A DNA stretch of 64,000 nt, from assembly GCF_001194135.2 (NCBI RefSeq), contig NC_068981.1:19147994-19211993 (forward strand). The letters run 5' to 3'. The position numbers and the translations under genes were made by a program. This stretch comes from Octopus bimaculoides (lineage: Eukaryota). Each line of letters starts with the position of its first letter. The first letter of the stretch is position 1. The notes below the pieces were generated by a model. That model saw only the letters and a program-made list of their open reading frames with translations, was not told the origin of the DNA and did no database searches. This document shows, in pieces, positions 36,810-49,480 of this stretch.

Positions 36810-37305
36810 ATACTAGTTCAAGTATGTTGTTTGTTGTTTGTTCCTTCTTGAGCCATGCCTGGCTCATAAGGGCCGGTTTCCCGATTTCATTGGCGTATAG
36901 GTTTCCCACCTGGACGGGACGCCGTTTCGACACAGATGTGCTGCTAGATGCAGGAGGAAAAAGTGAGAGAAAGATGTGGCGAAAGAGTCAGCAGAAGTGC
37001 GTTATTACCTTCTGTCGGAGCCGCGTGGAGCTTAGGTGTTTCGCTCATAAACACACTTTTATGTCTCAATCTACTGCTATCTAGCACCTTCGGATGATCT
37101 CTACTCAACCACTACACGACGGCTACTCAACAGCCACTCAACTCTCTACCAACGGCTAGACTACCTCTGTTTATATGCCGTGGGTGATCCTACTTCTTCG
37201 ATTGGGGGCGTCAACGCAACACACACATATAGCCCGGTCTGAGATTCGAATCCACGATCCCTCGACCGCGAGTCCGCTGCTCTAACCACTAGGCCATGTG
37301 CCTCT
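36810..37305 (-). mobile_element. tRNA-derived SINE (head 2 + tail Y) with a 160-bp internal insertion
   Basis: Head shared with 60757-61110 (gaggc.c.atggcc.agtggttagagcagcggactcgcggtc); tail shared with 41165-41412. Confidence 0.8.
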
Positions 37306-37468
37306 ACAGTTCAAATACGCTTGAGGCAAAATCGTACCCGTAAGAAAGCCATTCACTGGGTTTTGTCATGGAAAAAATTTCTCGCCCTAGACAAATGTGT
37401 GTAAATACACCGAGTCACCTAACAGACTGTGGGATGCATGCATTTCAAAGTGGTTATCTCCTCTTCAG

Positions 37469-37609
37469 CCGCAGACACTGGAAAGAGAGGTGCTGCGAAC
37501 TGACACGAGATAAAGGTCCTTCTTATGATATTCCAGTCATTGCTCAACGACTGACAGCGCTAAGCAGTGATGAGTGCGCGCGCGCGCGAAGCTTGCTTCC
37601 CAACGACAT
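37469..37609 (+). CDS. Probable coding exon A of an unidentified host gene
   Basis: Acceptor ttatctcctcttcag|, open frame RRHWKERCCELTRDKGPSYDIPVIAQRLTALSSDECARARSLLPND, donor |gtaaac; ends phase 2, matching exon B. Confidence 0.45.
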
Positions 37610-37771
37610 GTAAACCCTCACCCTACTCCCACCCTCCCCCAGCAGTCACCATTCCTCACCCTGCCCCACCTGACACAGACGCAATTACAGACACACAGGA
37701 ACCCGAAATTCTCCAATCCCCACCCCCAAAAAGGGAAAAATGTATGGCATTTTATATAACAATCGTTTCAG

Positions 37772-37908
37772 AGAGAAAGCAAACTCTCCAGCGTCGGTGG
37801 ACGCATCGTATTATGCCGAATGTGCCATAGTGAGTGACGAAGATCGGATTGGACTGATGAAAAGGTACGGGACGGAGATTGTGGACCTGGAGAAAGAGAG
37901 TGATATAA
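37772..37908 (+). CDS. Probable coding exon B of an unidentified host gene
   Basis: Acceptor aatcgtttcag|, the only open frame reads EKANSPASVDASYYAECAIVSDEDRIGLMKRYGTEIVDLEKESDI, consensus donor |gtaagt; GC/CpG-rich, non-repetitive. Confidence 0.6.
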
Positions 37909-38614
37909 GTAAGTTACCACCAACGGTGGCCTTTCACAAACTTTAACATGAGAACGTTTAACTATAATGAATTAATGTTTTAAAAATTGTGTTAAAAGAG
38001 TTAAATGAGGTCAATTGGATCGTGGAGTCAAGTGGCCTTCATTCCAGCTTCCATTATTTATAACCATCTTTTTAATTCGTTTTTATTTTCCCCTACTTAT
38101 GTGTTTGTCTGTCCTTGTATTGTCCCTCTTCGTTTAGCCTCTTGTGGGTAATTACGAACAAATCTCTACTGTTAACATTTACAATTACTATGAAAAACTT
38201 ATAGTGGATTACTACTATGAAAATCTCTCAAAGCCTCGTTGGATTACTATATGGAAATTTATACAGAGTTCCTACGACTCCTATCTATACCACTATGGAT
38301 AAACTAATTCTTATAAACACAGATAAACTTTTAAGAACGGATTTCTTCCTTTTATATCCCTGAAGAATGGTTATGCAACTTCAATATGATTATCGTTTCG
38401 ATTCCATTTAGATAAGTTATATAATCATGAGACGATCGTAAGAATTTTTATACATCTTCTTATTCTCTATTGTACATTCCTCTTCTCATCATTTACGCGG
38501 TAAAACATTTCTCTATGGTAATATACGTTTTGTTGTGAATATTCCATATATACTTATTCCGTTATCTCTTACATTCTAATATATATAGTTGAAATTTATA
38601 GAAAAAAATAAGAG

Positions 38615-40530
38615 AGGAAGACAGGTGTATGAACAGCAAACAGGTGTATTAGTTTGACGCTCGGGAAAAGGAAAAAGTCTTTTACGTTTCGAGCCTACGC
38701 ACTTTAACATAATGGAATAAGACAAAATAAACAGAGAGAGAGTGAAAAAATAGCTGTAGATTTAGCGGTCAAACATGGCGACTGATTAGTAAAAGAGTTT
38801 GAAAGAAGAGGTTGGAAGAAAGGGAAATAATAAAGTAATGTTGATCTTACATAAAGATGCGCGTGCATGTGAGAATGGTGTGTGTGGATGTGTATGTATG
38901 TATGTGTGTGTGTGTGTGAATAGGGGCTACTGACTTTGACGTCTGTGGGTATGTGGGTGTGTGCGTCTGTAATATGTTGCTGCTCATATAGTGGTATGTG
39001 TGGTGACGCTATTGAAGATTGTGTGTGAATGTGTGTGTGGATGATGCTGTGTGGTGTGGGTGCAGGGAAGTGGTCAGCGTTAGTGTGTGGAGTGGTATGG
39101 AGTGGTGTACTGGAGTGGTGGTGTGGAGTGGTGGTGCGGAGTGGTGGTGTGTGGGGGGTACTATCAATGAAGAGAAGAGGTGGGTAGGAGTGAAGAGAGG
39201 AAGTAGGTGTCGGAGGAAAAGAGAAGGGAAGTCAGATGAGGAGAAGAGGGGAGTCAGACGAAGAGAGGAGGAGAGACGAGCCCATGTGGCGCAAAGGAGC
39301 GAAGAGAGAAGATGGTCCCTGTGCAAAGACAGTCCGCGATACAGACATGCTGTAGTAAATGACCGGTGGAGCGGAAATGGCGCGAGACCAGGATGTCATT
39401 GCTGAGTCTGATGTCTCGGAGGTGCTCCGTAAACACGTCAGCCAAGCGGCGTCCCGTTTGACCGATGTACAAGAAGGATAGAAAGAGCAGGAAATGCAGT
39501 AAATGACGTTGCTGGAAGTGCAGGTAAAGGAGTCAGTGATGTGATAGAGATGATGATGACTGCTTGTGAGGAAGGTGGTGTTGGAGAGATAGGACCAAGT
39601 ACGGCAGCGTAGGCGGGAGCAGGAGGACAAGCCAGGCTGAGAGGTGGGGCTAGGGAAGAAACTGTGCACCAGGAGGTGCATTTGAAGGAGGTAAGGGGTA
39701 GGTTGGAGAAGATGTGCGAGGTGGAGGGGTCGGACTGAAGTCGCCGGAAGGCTTGGAGAATGGTACGTTTGAGGAACAGGGTGGAGGAGTTGTAGGTGAA
39801 GGGAAATGGGAGTCGGTAACAGTGGGGCGGGTGCGGGGAGGAATGTGCCCTGGCAAGGGGAGTGTGGATAGTGGTGAGGGGATATCCACGAAGGATGAAG
39901 TAGCGAGCCATGATTTGACACTGAGTCTCAAAGTCATGGTTTTCACTGCAGTGCTTGCGCAGTCGGAGGAATTGGAAGTAGGCGATGGAGAGCTTGGTGT
40001 GGGTAGGGTGGGAGGAGGAGAAGTTAAGGTAGGAGTGTGAGTCGGTGTGTTTGTAGTGGATCGACGTAGTGAGAGCGGAGTGGTGTATACTGATAGACAT
40101 GTCGAGAAATGCGACGGAAGAGTTAGAAATATTGCAGGGGAATTCGAGGGCAGGATGGAAGGATTGGACAAAAGAGAGGAAGGAGTCTAGTTGTTCGCGG
40201 CTGAGTGAGGTCGCACCGATACAGTCCTCGATATAACGACAATATATAGTTCGGGAGTGGAACCAGTGAATCGTGAGAATATCTGGGTCTCAACGTAGCC
40301 AACGAACAGGTTCGCATAGTTGGGGCCCATTGTTGTTCCCATGGCCACCCCTGAAAACTATTGGTAAAAATCCCCCGCGAACAAGAAGCAGTCGACGGAG
40401 CGAAGAAGTTCCGCCAGACGAAGAAGTGTGGAGGTGTCAGGCTGGAGGTTGGGTCGAAGGTCCAGAAAATGTTTCAGTGCAAGAAGTCCTTCGTTGTGTG
40501 GGATCAGCGTATATAAACTCTTGATATCAA
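38615..40530 (-). mobile_element. Neptune-like Penelope-like element: RT, Cys linker, GIY-YIG, 3'UTR and pLTR (5'-truncated, frameshifted)
   Basis: [18 protein letters not shown]…(GVA)MGTTMGPNYANLFVGY…HSYLNFSSSHPTHTKLSI…QFLRLRKHC…RGYP…CSRLRCRTW…SFTCTSSNVIYCISC…YIGQTGRRL…EHL; pLTR at about 38615-38780. Confidence 0.93.
38677..38712 (-). ncRNA. Degenerate minimal hammerhead ribozyme motif in PLE pLTR
   Basis: Reverse complement ..aTGTTAAagtgcgtaggctcGAAACGTAaaagac; compare 54032-54070. Confidence 0.4.
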
Positions 40531-40604
40531 AAGTGAAGAGTAGTTTACATGTGTGTGTGTGTATATATATATATACATGCATACATATACATACATATAT
40601 ATAT

Positions 40605-40696
<92 letters not shown>

Positions 40697-41164
40697 ATGT
40701 TTTTAGTCAAGTTACAAAAATACATACTTTAACATTAAGCTGGCGGATTACCTAATACTTTTTAGTAGAGTATTCACATACAAAAGGTTTTCAAGGATAA
40801 AGTTTGAGATTGAATTAGAAGTTTCGTTTTGTTTGTCTTCGTCGTATGTGTGTTTGTATTTCATGCTCTTGATATCCCCTGATGGTGGTAAAAGAATGTC
40901 ACCGTCATATAAACGGTGTTCTTCGCTTCCATTCCTCCGTGAAACCATTTTGCCGACTACGATGTAATATTAGCTTACTTTAATACAGGTGAGAGTTAGA
41001 GACAGGAAAGGCATCCGGCCGTAGATAATCTTCCTCAAGGAATTTCGTCTGATCCATTCAAGCATGGAAAAATAGACGCTAAAGCAGTGATATAGATGTA
41101 TGTGTGTGTGCGTGCGTGTATGTGTGTGTACGTATAGTTTCAATATGAAAATAATAATAATAAA

Positions 41165-41412
41165 TGCGCCCTTTTAAAGCCTAGCCTGGCACATGGGCCC
41201 GATTTCCCGGTTTCAATGGCGTATGCGTTCCCCAGCTGGACGGGATGCCAGTCCATCGCAGCGTTACTCCTTTTTGCCAGCTGAGTGGACTGGAGCAACG
41301 TGAAATGAAGTGTTTTGGTCAAGAATACAACACGTCGCCCGGTGCAGGAATCGAAACCACAAACTTACGACCATGATGCTGACACCCGAACCACTAAGCC
41401 ACGCGCTTCCAC
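41165..41412 (-). mobile_element. tRNA-derived SINE (head 1 + tail Y)
   Basis: Reverse complement gcgtggcttagtggttcgg…gtttcgattcc head, gttgctccagtccactcagctggcaaaaagg, then tail with gcatcccgtccagctgggg. Confidence 0.85.
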
Positions 41413-42619
41413 ATAGTTTCAATATTGCTTACTAAGAACAAAGCAAATCACAAACGACGGCGAGAATTCAACGCATATTCTACGGATTAATTGATATATT
41501 TTAGCAAAATATTGACTTCAACTGGTGTACGCGCGTTTCGCTCAATTGAGATATTTCCAACAAGTAAATGAAAAGCAATTTAACCTTACAATATAATGCT
41601 GTTGTATCATCAGCCAGTCACATATAAAATCTGAGCAATCATGAAAGTAGGAGAGGTCGCTTGTATAGAAGTGTGCGATGTTGTTTAGTAAACAATGGAG
41701 AATTTATACAGGGATTTATGGCTTTTAAATATTTTGTTTTATAGTGGCTGAGCGACATTTTTAATAGACAACGATGGGAGTTCACTTTCTTTCTTTACTA
41801 TAGCATGTAATTGTTTTTGAAGTGTTACTTTATTAATGTAAATTTTATTGAAATGAATTATGGGTTCATATTCTTACTATGGCACGTAATGCTTTTTTAA
41901 ATGTATTTTGGATGGAAATATTATTGAAACGGATTATGATCAGTCAGGGATACGCTGTCATCTGTAAATGTGGATTTTAATGTGGATTTTATTGCAACGG
42001 GTTATAGTCAATCAAGGATACAGTGCCTTTTCTATATGGCCTTTGAGCATACTGTTTTTACTAAAAGGCATTTTCAAAATGTAAAAATATTAGAATATTT
42101 ATAAGGCTAAATTAATATTTGATTTTAAATTAAATTTTAAAGCGTTTACAAGAGTTGACATTCGAATGTGATGATTAAACAGAAATTGTTGAGATATAAA
42201 TTATTTGAGAATTCTAAAATTTAAAAATTTCGAATAATTTGTACAAAACGGTGAACTGACTCAGATGAAAATATGAACGAGAAAAGTAAAATGGGAATAA
42301 AGACAAGGAAAACAGAAAAACAGGAAAATAAAAGATATCGAAATGATTTATCTTTTGGGAATTATGATCGGTATTTACATTTCAAAAGTTTTGTATATTG
42401 TATGAAGACATGAAAAAATTCTTCCTGGGTGCTTTGATTGTGGATGGTTAGGTGGAAAATAAAATTTTACCGACCTCAACTATACACGATCTCTTATTTC
42501 CATTATAAGACTTGCACATGAGACGATTTCCTCTTCAAATTGAAGTGTGTATTAGTGATTTTCAACTAACCATATAGATAATGAAAGAGAGGTGTCATTT
42601 TCGTATTTCATATTTCGAC

Positions 42620-43370
42620 AAATCTGTGGATGTTGACTGTATCATAAATCAAATGAGTTATATGTAAGGATAATGTAAATGAATATTGCAAAAGGATTTA
42701 CAGAAATCAGAGAAGATGAAATTAAAATAGTATTGTTAATGAGAAATACAATCTTCCACACACGTGGGATCGAAAATTTACTAATGTATCATTTGACATG
42801 TATGGGAGCCAACGATTCCACTGTAATCAGTGACATGGCAGGACTCATCTCCTACCAATGTTGAAAAATATATTCCCACAGGCAGAAGGTAGTATTTATT
42901 GTGATGATAGGTTACTAATCACCAAGAAATTAAACGCTCAACAGGGCGATAAGTTAGGGAAAGACCTACATTTATTATTCAACGAACACAAATTAAATAT
43001 TACAGTTAAATAGTTCCAAGACATAGCACTAGATTACCCTCATTAATAGCCAAATCAAACGCTCAACTATATCTATCAAACTAGCCACAAAGCATTATTA
43101 TCAATATTGTCAAAATACGTCTCTTCAGCTGTCAAATCTATCCGCTAATAAGCAAATATTCAACAACTTGGCAACATACAACAATGATACTTACAGGTGA
43201 AACAGTGACAATGAAAGCATAGTGTACATCGAAGAAAACAACAGACCAACGAAGAATAGCAAAGACAGAAACGTAATACCATATGGCATAAACTTTATTA
43301 CTTATACTCACTAGCAACAACAACAGGAAAGATTTTCTACAGAGCTTTCGCTAAAATTTTCAATCAATTA
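42620..43370 (+). mobile_element. Decayed Naiad/Chlamys-type PLE RT fragment
   Basis: MGANDSTVISDMAGL (MGSYDGAE.CdLVGL), YCDDRLL (YRDDGL), LFNEHKLNITV, then residual linker. Confidence 0.7.
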
Positions 43371-44734
43371 ATAAATAAAACGAAATCTTGAATAAAAAAA
43401 AATTAATTCTCATACTTCACTTCCTATTTACAATTCTCTTTCTCCCTTTTTTTCCTCTCTCTCTCTCTCTTTCACACACACATACATGCGCGCACACACA
43501 TATATGCTCGCGCGTGCACACAAACACAAACACACACACACATGAATATACACCTACGCTTCGTTAACTTTTGAACGAAGTTGTGTAGTTTTGGCACATT
43601 AGCAACACAGCTGCTAGTTGCAGCGTGTCAGTGTATCTAAAGAGACATCTACTAGAATAAGGTTTAATGAAGATACGGCCATAACAAATGATAGAGTCAA
43701 TGATATGCGACATACTGTGTTTGCAATGGGGAGGGGAAAAAAAACAGGTATACGAGAATATACGAACGTGTGAAAAGAGTATGACAGAAATTATGTATGA
43801 CAAGTGTTGAGGATTAAAAAGGATACAGAAAGTAGGCTTTTTGCACAGGCAAACAGGACACGTGACAAGGAATTAAATGGACATTTAATGTCTTTCGATT
43901 CAAAAGAATAGAAAGTGAACAAAGTAACAATGTGCATATTAGGTAAAACGGATTGAAGAGAAAAAGTTAATTTTGGATTGAAGGACTATTCTAAAACACA
44001 CGTAAAAGGAGAGAGTGGAGAGGATTATGAGAAAACGAAATAGAAAACAAGGACTAAGAACGAGACGAGAGAAAAAAGGAAAAGAGAAAACGAGAGAAAG
44101 GCTGTGAGAGACGAAAAAGTGGTGAACAAATAAGACGATGGTGAAGGCAGTTGTAGAGAAGATGAAGATACATAAGCTGGAAGAATATTTTCAGTCCTAC
44201 TCTTTGGAGATTTCATGTAAATTTACCAGTCGTCTACCTATGTTTGGAAGCAAAAGGAAATACTATTTCTAACAGCATGAGAGTTGCAATTAATGATGTG
44301 TGTGCATTACACCTTGTAACAGCATTTACCTCAAATGGATATCACAATTTTATCCCAAGTGCGCCGATGGTCAATCACAAGTTGACAATGAGAATGGGAA
44401 AAAATGTGGAAAACCATCAACACAACCCTAGAAATGCCATCGAAATTTATCGTAGCCTCTTACAGAATTGTATCACTTTTAAAATTTGTATTTTTAAATA
44501 TTAAAGTATTATGCCTGGTAAATTGAACTTGTAATTTTAATTGAAATTTGAAATATATTGTGGTTTTATGAAAATTAAACCGTGCAATTTATAAGAGTTT
44601 TAAATCTGAATATTTTATAAATATAGAAAATTTAAATGTGAAATATTGAGTGAACAAATTATTTTCTAACTTCTATAGTATTTGAAACCATGAACTAACT
44701 TTTCAAAGAGATGACTTTTAAATGATCTTTTCTA

Positions 44735-44940
44735 TTATAGGCACAAAACCAGAAATTTTGTGGGTGGAGGTTATGTTGATTACATCAACCTCAGTACTTG
44801 ACTGGTTGTTATTTCATCAATCCTGAAAGGATGAAAGGTTAAGTCGACCTCAGTGGAATTCGAACTCGGAATGTAACGATGGACAAAGTACTGCTAAGCA
44901 TTTTGTCTGGCATGCTAATGACTTTACCAGCTTACCAACT
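44735..44940 (-). mobile_element. Meta-domain-like SINE
   Basis: tcctgaaaggatgaaaggttaagtcgacctcagtggaattcgaactc…ctaagcatttt. Confidence 0.8.
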
Positions 44941-46639
44941 TGTATAGGATTCTAATAAGAACAATATTACAAATACATAATTGCTATGAAAATATACGTG
45001 AATATGTGCATGGATATATATATATATATATATATANNNNNNNNNNNNNNNNNNNNNNNNNNNNNNNNNNNNNNNNNNNNNNNNNNNNNNNNNNNNNNNA
45101 CACATATCGTTGCTATTATGTTAAACTGTCAAATGTACAAATTTGGCCATTTACATTTTCTTTTTACTATTTACTTTTGCTTGTAATAGCCGGCTCTTTT
45201 GGTTAAACTATCGTATTTCCAACTGATTCGGATGTCAAAATATCAAAAATTGTCAAAGTTTAGTACAACGGTTTTGATATAGAATGGTGAAACTATTTTT
45301 TTCGTTTTCTGAAAAAGCAACGTTTTGGACTTACGACACTTTTGCATAAAAGCAATAATATATATGTATGTATGTATGTATGTCTGCATGTATGTATGCA
45401 TGTAGATACACACACACACACATATGGATGCATGATATGATGTATGTATATGTGCATATGTGTGTGTGTACGTGCATACATGTCTATGTGTGTGTGTGTG
45501 TGTGTCTGTCTGTGGCTTAATGAAAAAGATTAAAGAAAATCTCAAAAGAGAAAAGAAAACAGAGACTGATATGACAAATTGACTATGTTACTGTTTCTCA
45601 CTCAGACTTCCACTCAAATGCTACTCCTTTACAAATTTCACTCTCTCTATATCTCCTCTTTTGGCTCATCCTCAGTTTATCCCTAAAGGAACTTATACTC
45701 GGGATTTTTTTCTTTTTTTTTTTTTTTGCTTTGATTTTTGTTCATATTTTATTCCTGATTCCATCTGAGTTCTCTGTGAAATTTAGTAATGATTCATTGA
45801 GAAATGGCGGCATTCTTTCAAGAGAAACAGACAATTATCAACATAAATATACATACATACATATATATATAAATACATACACATACATGCATATTATATA
45901 TGCACACACTCTCTCTCTCTCTCTCACACACACACTCACGCTCACACACACACACACACAAACACACATACAGGTGTACATATATACACACATACATGTA
46001 TATGTCGGTATATATGAATATATACCTACACATACACATATATACTCATATATACCTACATATACATGTGTGTGTATATATATGTACAACTATGTGTGTG
46101 TGTGATTAAGTAGGTACGTATATATGTGTCTGTGATGCAAATTTATCTCTGACATACCTTCCATTAAAACTCTGTTTCAGAGTAGTATTAGAAAGCCAGT
46201 CTGTTGATATTTATAGTGTCAAACGTCTGAGTGGTAAAAGTGAAACACAGCTTCTGTTGCAATTAAAAGTGATTTCATTGAACTTAACCGTACTAGTAAC
46301 ACTGGAGAAAGCTTACATATTACTATGCTACATTTTTCAAAAGTACATTTACACATACATATATACACACAATCTTGCATGTACGTGTATACATGCACCA
46401 GCAAATACACAGAAATACTTTGTGTGATAAAGAAACCCATATTTATAATCAAAGAGTAAATCTTAAGATATTCAGATATCACTATCAAAATATTAGCGGT
46501 TTTACCTCAGGTAACTCTTGATCAAATACACCTGCAATCAAAAGGAAAGGCTTTCCAACCAAAACCATTCAGCCTTTTTCATGTGTGCAGGGATCTCAGG
46601 ACAATATTAATCAATAGATTAACATGGTTGTTGCCTTAC

Positions 46640-46830
46640 AAAAAGTACCGATGCTGGTGCCATGTAAAATATTCTCAGTATACTCTGTAAAGTGGTTGGC
46701 ATTGGAAAGGGCATTCAACTGTAGAAACCATACTAAACCAGACGATGGAGCTTAGTATGACTCTCAGCCTTGCCACCGTCTGTCATACTGTCTGGCCCAT
46801 GCCAGCATGGAAAATGAACGTTAAATGATA
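46640..46830 (+). mobile_element. RTE-3'UTR-type repeat copy
   Basis: ggttggcattggaaagggcattcaactgtagaaac…cccatgccagcatggaaa. Confidence 0.75.
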
Positions 46831-47019
46831 ATAATAGTGGTGGGATTATATTTTAAAAGCTTCTGCACAGGATGAGGACTGCTCAGCTACATTGGTGGTA
46901 ACGGCTGAAATACACAATAAGAAATGAAAGACCAATTAAAGCTAACGAGGGACAGATGATCAGGTGGATCATAGTGAAATACATCTCAGCTGTAGCCACT
47001 TGAAGAAGAAAGCAAAGAG

Positions 47020-47260
47020 AGTATATCTAGTGTCAATGACTAGATATAATATAGATCAAGTATATCTATGCCATTAATGTTTAGATATGATTACAGAAAT
47101 GGCGTCCACTCTGTCAGTGGTTAGATATAAAATTGTGAAAGGATGTTTATATTGTCAGCGGTTTGATATGGTGGAAAGAGAGAGGATATCTACAATATCA
47201 TTGATTATAATGGTATAGAAAGGGGGTATCTATTCTGTCATTTGTTAGATATACTACAAC
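47020..47260 (+). repeat. Degenerate minisatellite, about 40-42-bp unit, about 6 copies
   Basis: Recurring tatcta…tgtca.tggttagatat…gaaag phasing. Confidence 0.5.
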
Positions 47261-47600
47261 CATTTTAGACAGAACAGACAGGTGTTGTAAGTATTGTAAT
47301 TGTCTTGAGGATTCGTGAATCAAACTTCAGAGTTTGTAGCTTTCATAACTTTGGTTGGACCAGAGAAATATCTCCACAATTCCCAAATGATATATTGGAC
47401 TATCTGAATTGTGAGATATTGAACTAAACAGTAGAACCAAATGTATAGTTCTATTTCGTAGTGATGACATTGTTGTCACGGTGGTGTTTATTTCAAGTCC
47501 AGTGATCTCGATCGTTGAGAATTAAACATCTTGACCATCGACTCAACTCAGTTCTGTTGACAAGATATGAATTTGTGACTTCTCAACTCTCTATGTTCTC
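47260..47600 (-). mobile_element. Very decayed PLE RT fragment
   Basis: Residual T.E.E.dG..F…T.v..K.T-like segment on the minus strand. Confidence 0.3.
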
Positions 47601-48616
47601 AATATAATTAAATTTGTGAGCAACGTGGAACAAGACGAAAGTTGCATAACAGACCTGCTTTATCATATGTTTTATGCAATTTTTATTCTCATTTGAAAAC
47701 TATGAAAGCAATTAGCAACTTCAATAAAGTGAAATAAAGTCATGCTGGTCACGACATCGTTTCACTTCTAAAATATATGTTTTGTGTCTAACTTCAAAAA
47801 AGATAATAAAATATAATTAATAATAGGTTTTTCAGTAATAGCTTAACGTAATTTTTAATTAATAGTTGTCAAATAGAGAAACTTGCCTTCTCTCTCTCTC
47901 TCTCTCTCTCTTTGATTTTTTTTTTTTGGTACTTTTTATCCTTCCAGTACTACATGTAACAAATTGTAAAATTGCTGCTTGTCAGCTTTCTCTCTTGACA
48001 AAATCTACATACAGGGCTGGCAACATATTTTATGAACTTAGTGTAATCTCAGCCACAAGCCAATAATTTATTTCATCTAGTCTGCTTTTATTCCAATTAC
48101 CAATGAAATCTCTAAGCATTTCACTGCTGTTCAATATTAAGCTAAAGAATTATGGTAGAAAATTAACAGAAATAGTAGATTGCCAGATTAAAACTATTTT
48201 TCATCTATCAATATATGTCAGACACAATGTCTTTTAAAGCTAATAATGCCTGAGGGTATCTCCTAATTACCAAAATGGTGTAGCAACTGAATGTGGGGAC
48301 AATATTTATATTTGCCTATAAAGCACAAGCAGCATTAAAAACAGCCATTTGAAATTCTCAGTCGTAGCCTCTTGCTTGAAGAAACCAAGAAAACACCTGT
48401 ATCAGTGGGTTAAATCAAACCCCAGTATTTGACTGGTATTTTACTATATTGACTCTGAAGGTAGCAAAGTAAAGATGTCCTCAGTAGGTTTTGAACATAG
48501 AATATCAACGGCTGGAACAAGTATGAGTATGGCAATTTGTCCAGTGGCCTAATACTTCTACCAAATAACCTGCAAGACTAAATGACATCCAACAATCATA
48601 TCAGATCTCCGGGTAC

Positions 48617-49075
48617 TCTCTTTTACTCTTTTACTTGTTTCAGTCATTTGACTGTGGTCATGCTGGAGCACCGCCGTTTTTTAGTCGAACAAATCGATCC
48701 CAGGACTTATTCTTTGTAAGCCTAGCACTTATTATATCAGTCTCTTTTTGCCGAACCGCTAAGTTACGGGCATGTAAACACACNNNNNNNNNNNNNNNNN
48801 NNNNNNNNNNNNNNNNNNNNNNNNNNNNNNNNNNNNNNNNNNNNNNNNNNNNNNNNNNNNNNNNNNNNNNNNNNNNNNNNNNNNNNATATATATACATAT
48901 ATATACATATATACGACGGGCTTCTTTCAGTTTCCGTCTACCAAATCCACTCACAAGGCTTTGGTCGGCCCGAGGCTATAGTAGAAGACACTTGCCCAAG
49001 GTGCCACGCAGTGGGACTGAACTCGGAACCATGTTGTTGGTAAGCAAGCTACTTCCCACACAGCCACTCCTACGC
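48617..49075 (-). mobile_element. Family A SINE with gap in its microsatellite linker
   Basis: Both halves match 26780-27190; the gap sits at the (TA/CA)n linker. Confidence 0.9.
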
Positions 49076-49119
49076 ACGAATTTCAGTAACTTTGTGGAAT
49101 TGACCCTATTTAGTAATCC

Positions 49120-49480
49120 ATATTGTTGTTGTTGTCATCATCATTATTGTCTTTACTGTCAGCGTTATCATTACAGTTGTCATCATCATCATCATTTCCT
49201 TGTGATTGTTGCTGTCATCATCATCATCAACATCGTTGTTATTGCCATCATTCTTGTCATCATCATCATTGTCAACATAGTTATTGTCATCGTCATCATT
49301 GTTGTTGTCATCACTATCATGATCATTGCTGTCATCACTGCTGTTGTCATCATCATTATTGTCATCACAATTGTTGTCATCATCATTGTCATGTTTGCCA
49401 TAGTTGTCACCATTGTTTATCATCGTTGTTGTTGTCGTTATCAGTTTTCACCATTGTTTATCATCATCATTATTATACAC
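49120..49480. repeat. (CAT/GTT/GTC)n low-complexity tract
   Basis: Direct observation. Confidence 0.85.

Noticed and set aside
39019-40040. + strand ORFs of 108-128 aa
   Set aside because: Antisense to the PLE RT/GIY-YIG and its low-complexity 3'UTR.
40748-40948. LYDGDILL resembling the astacin propeptide FEGDI motif
   Set aside because: Short match only, no convincing splice sites or neighbouring astacin exons; kept as unexplained.
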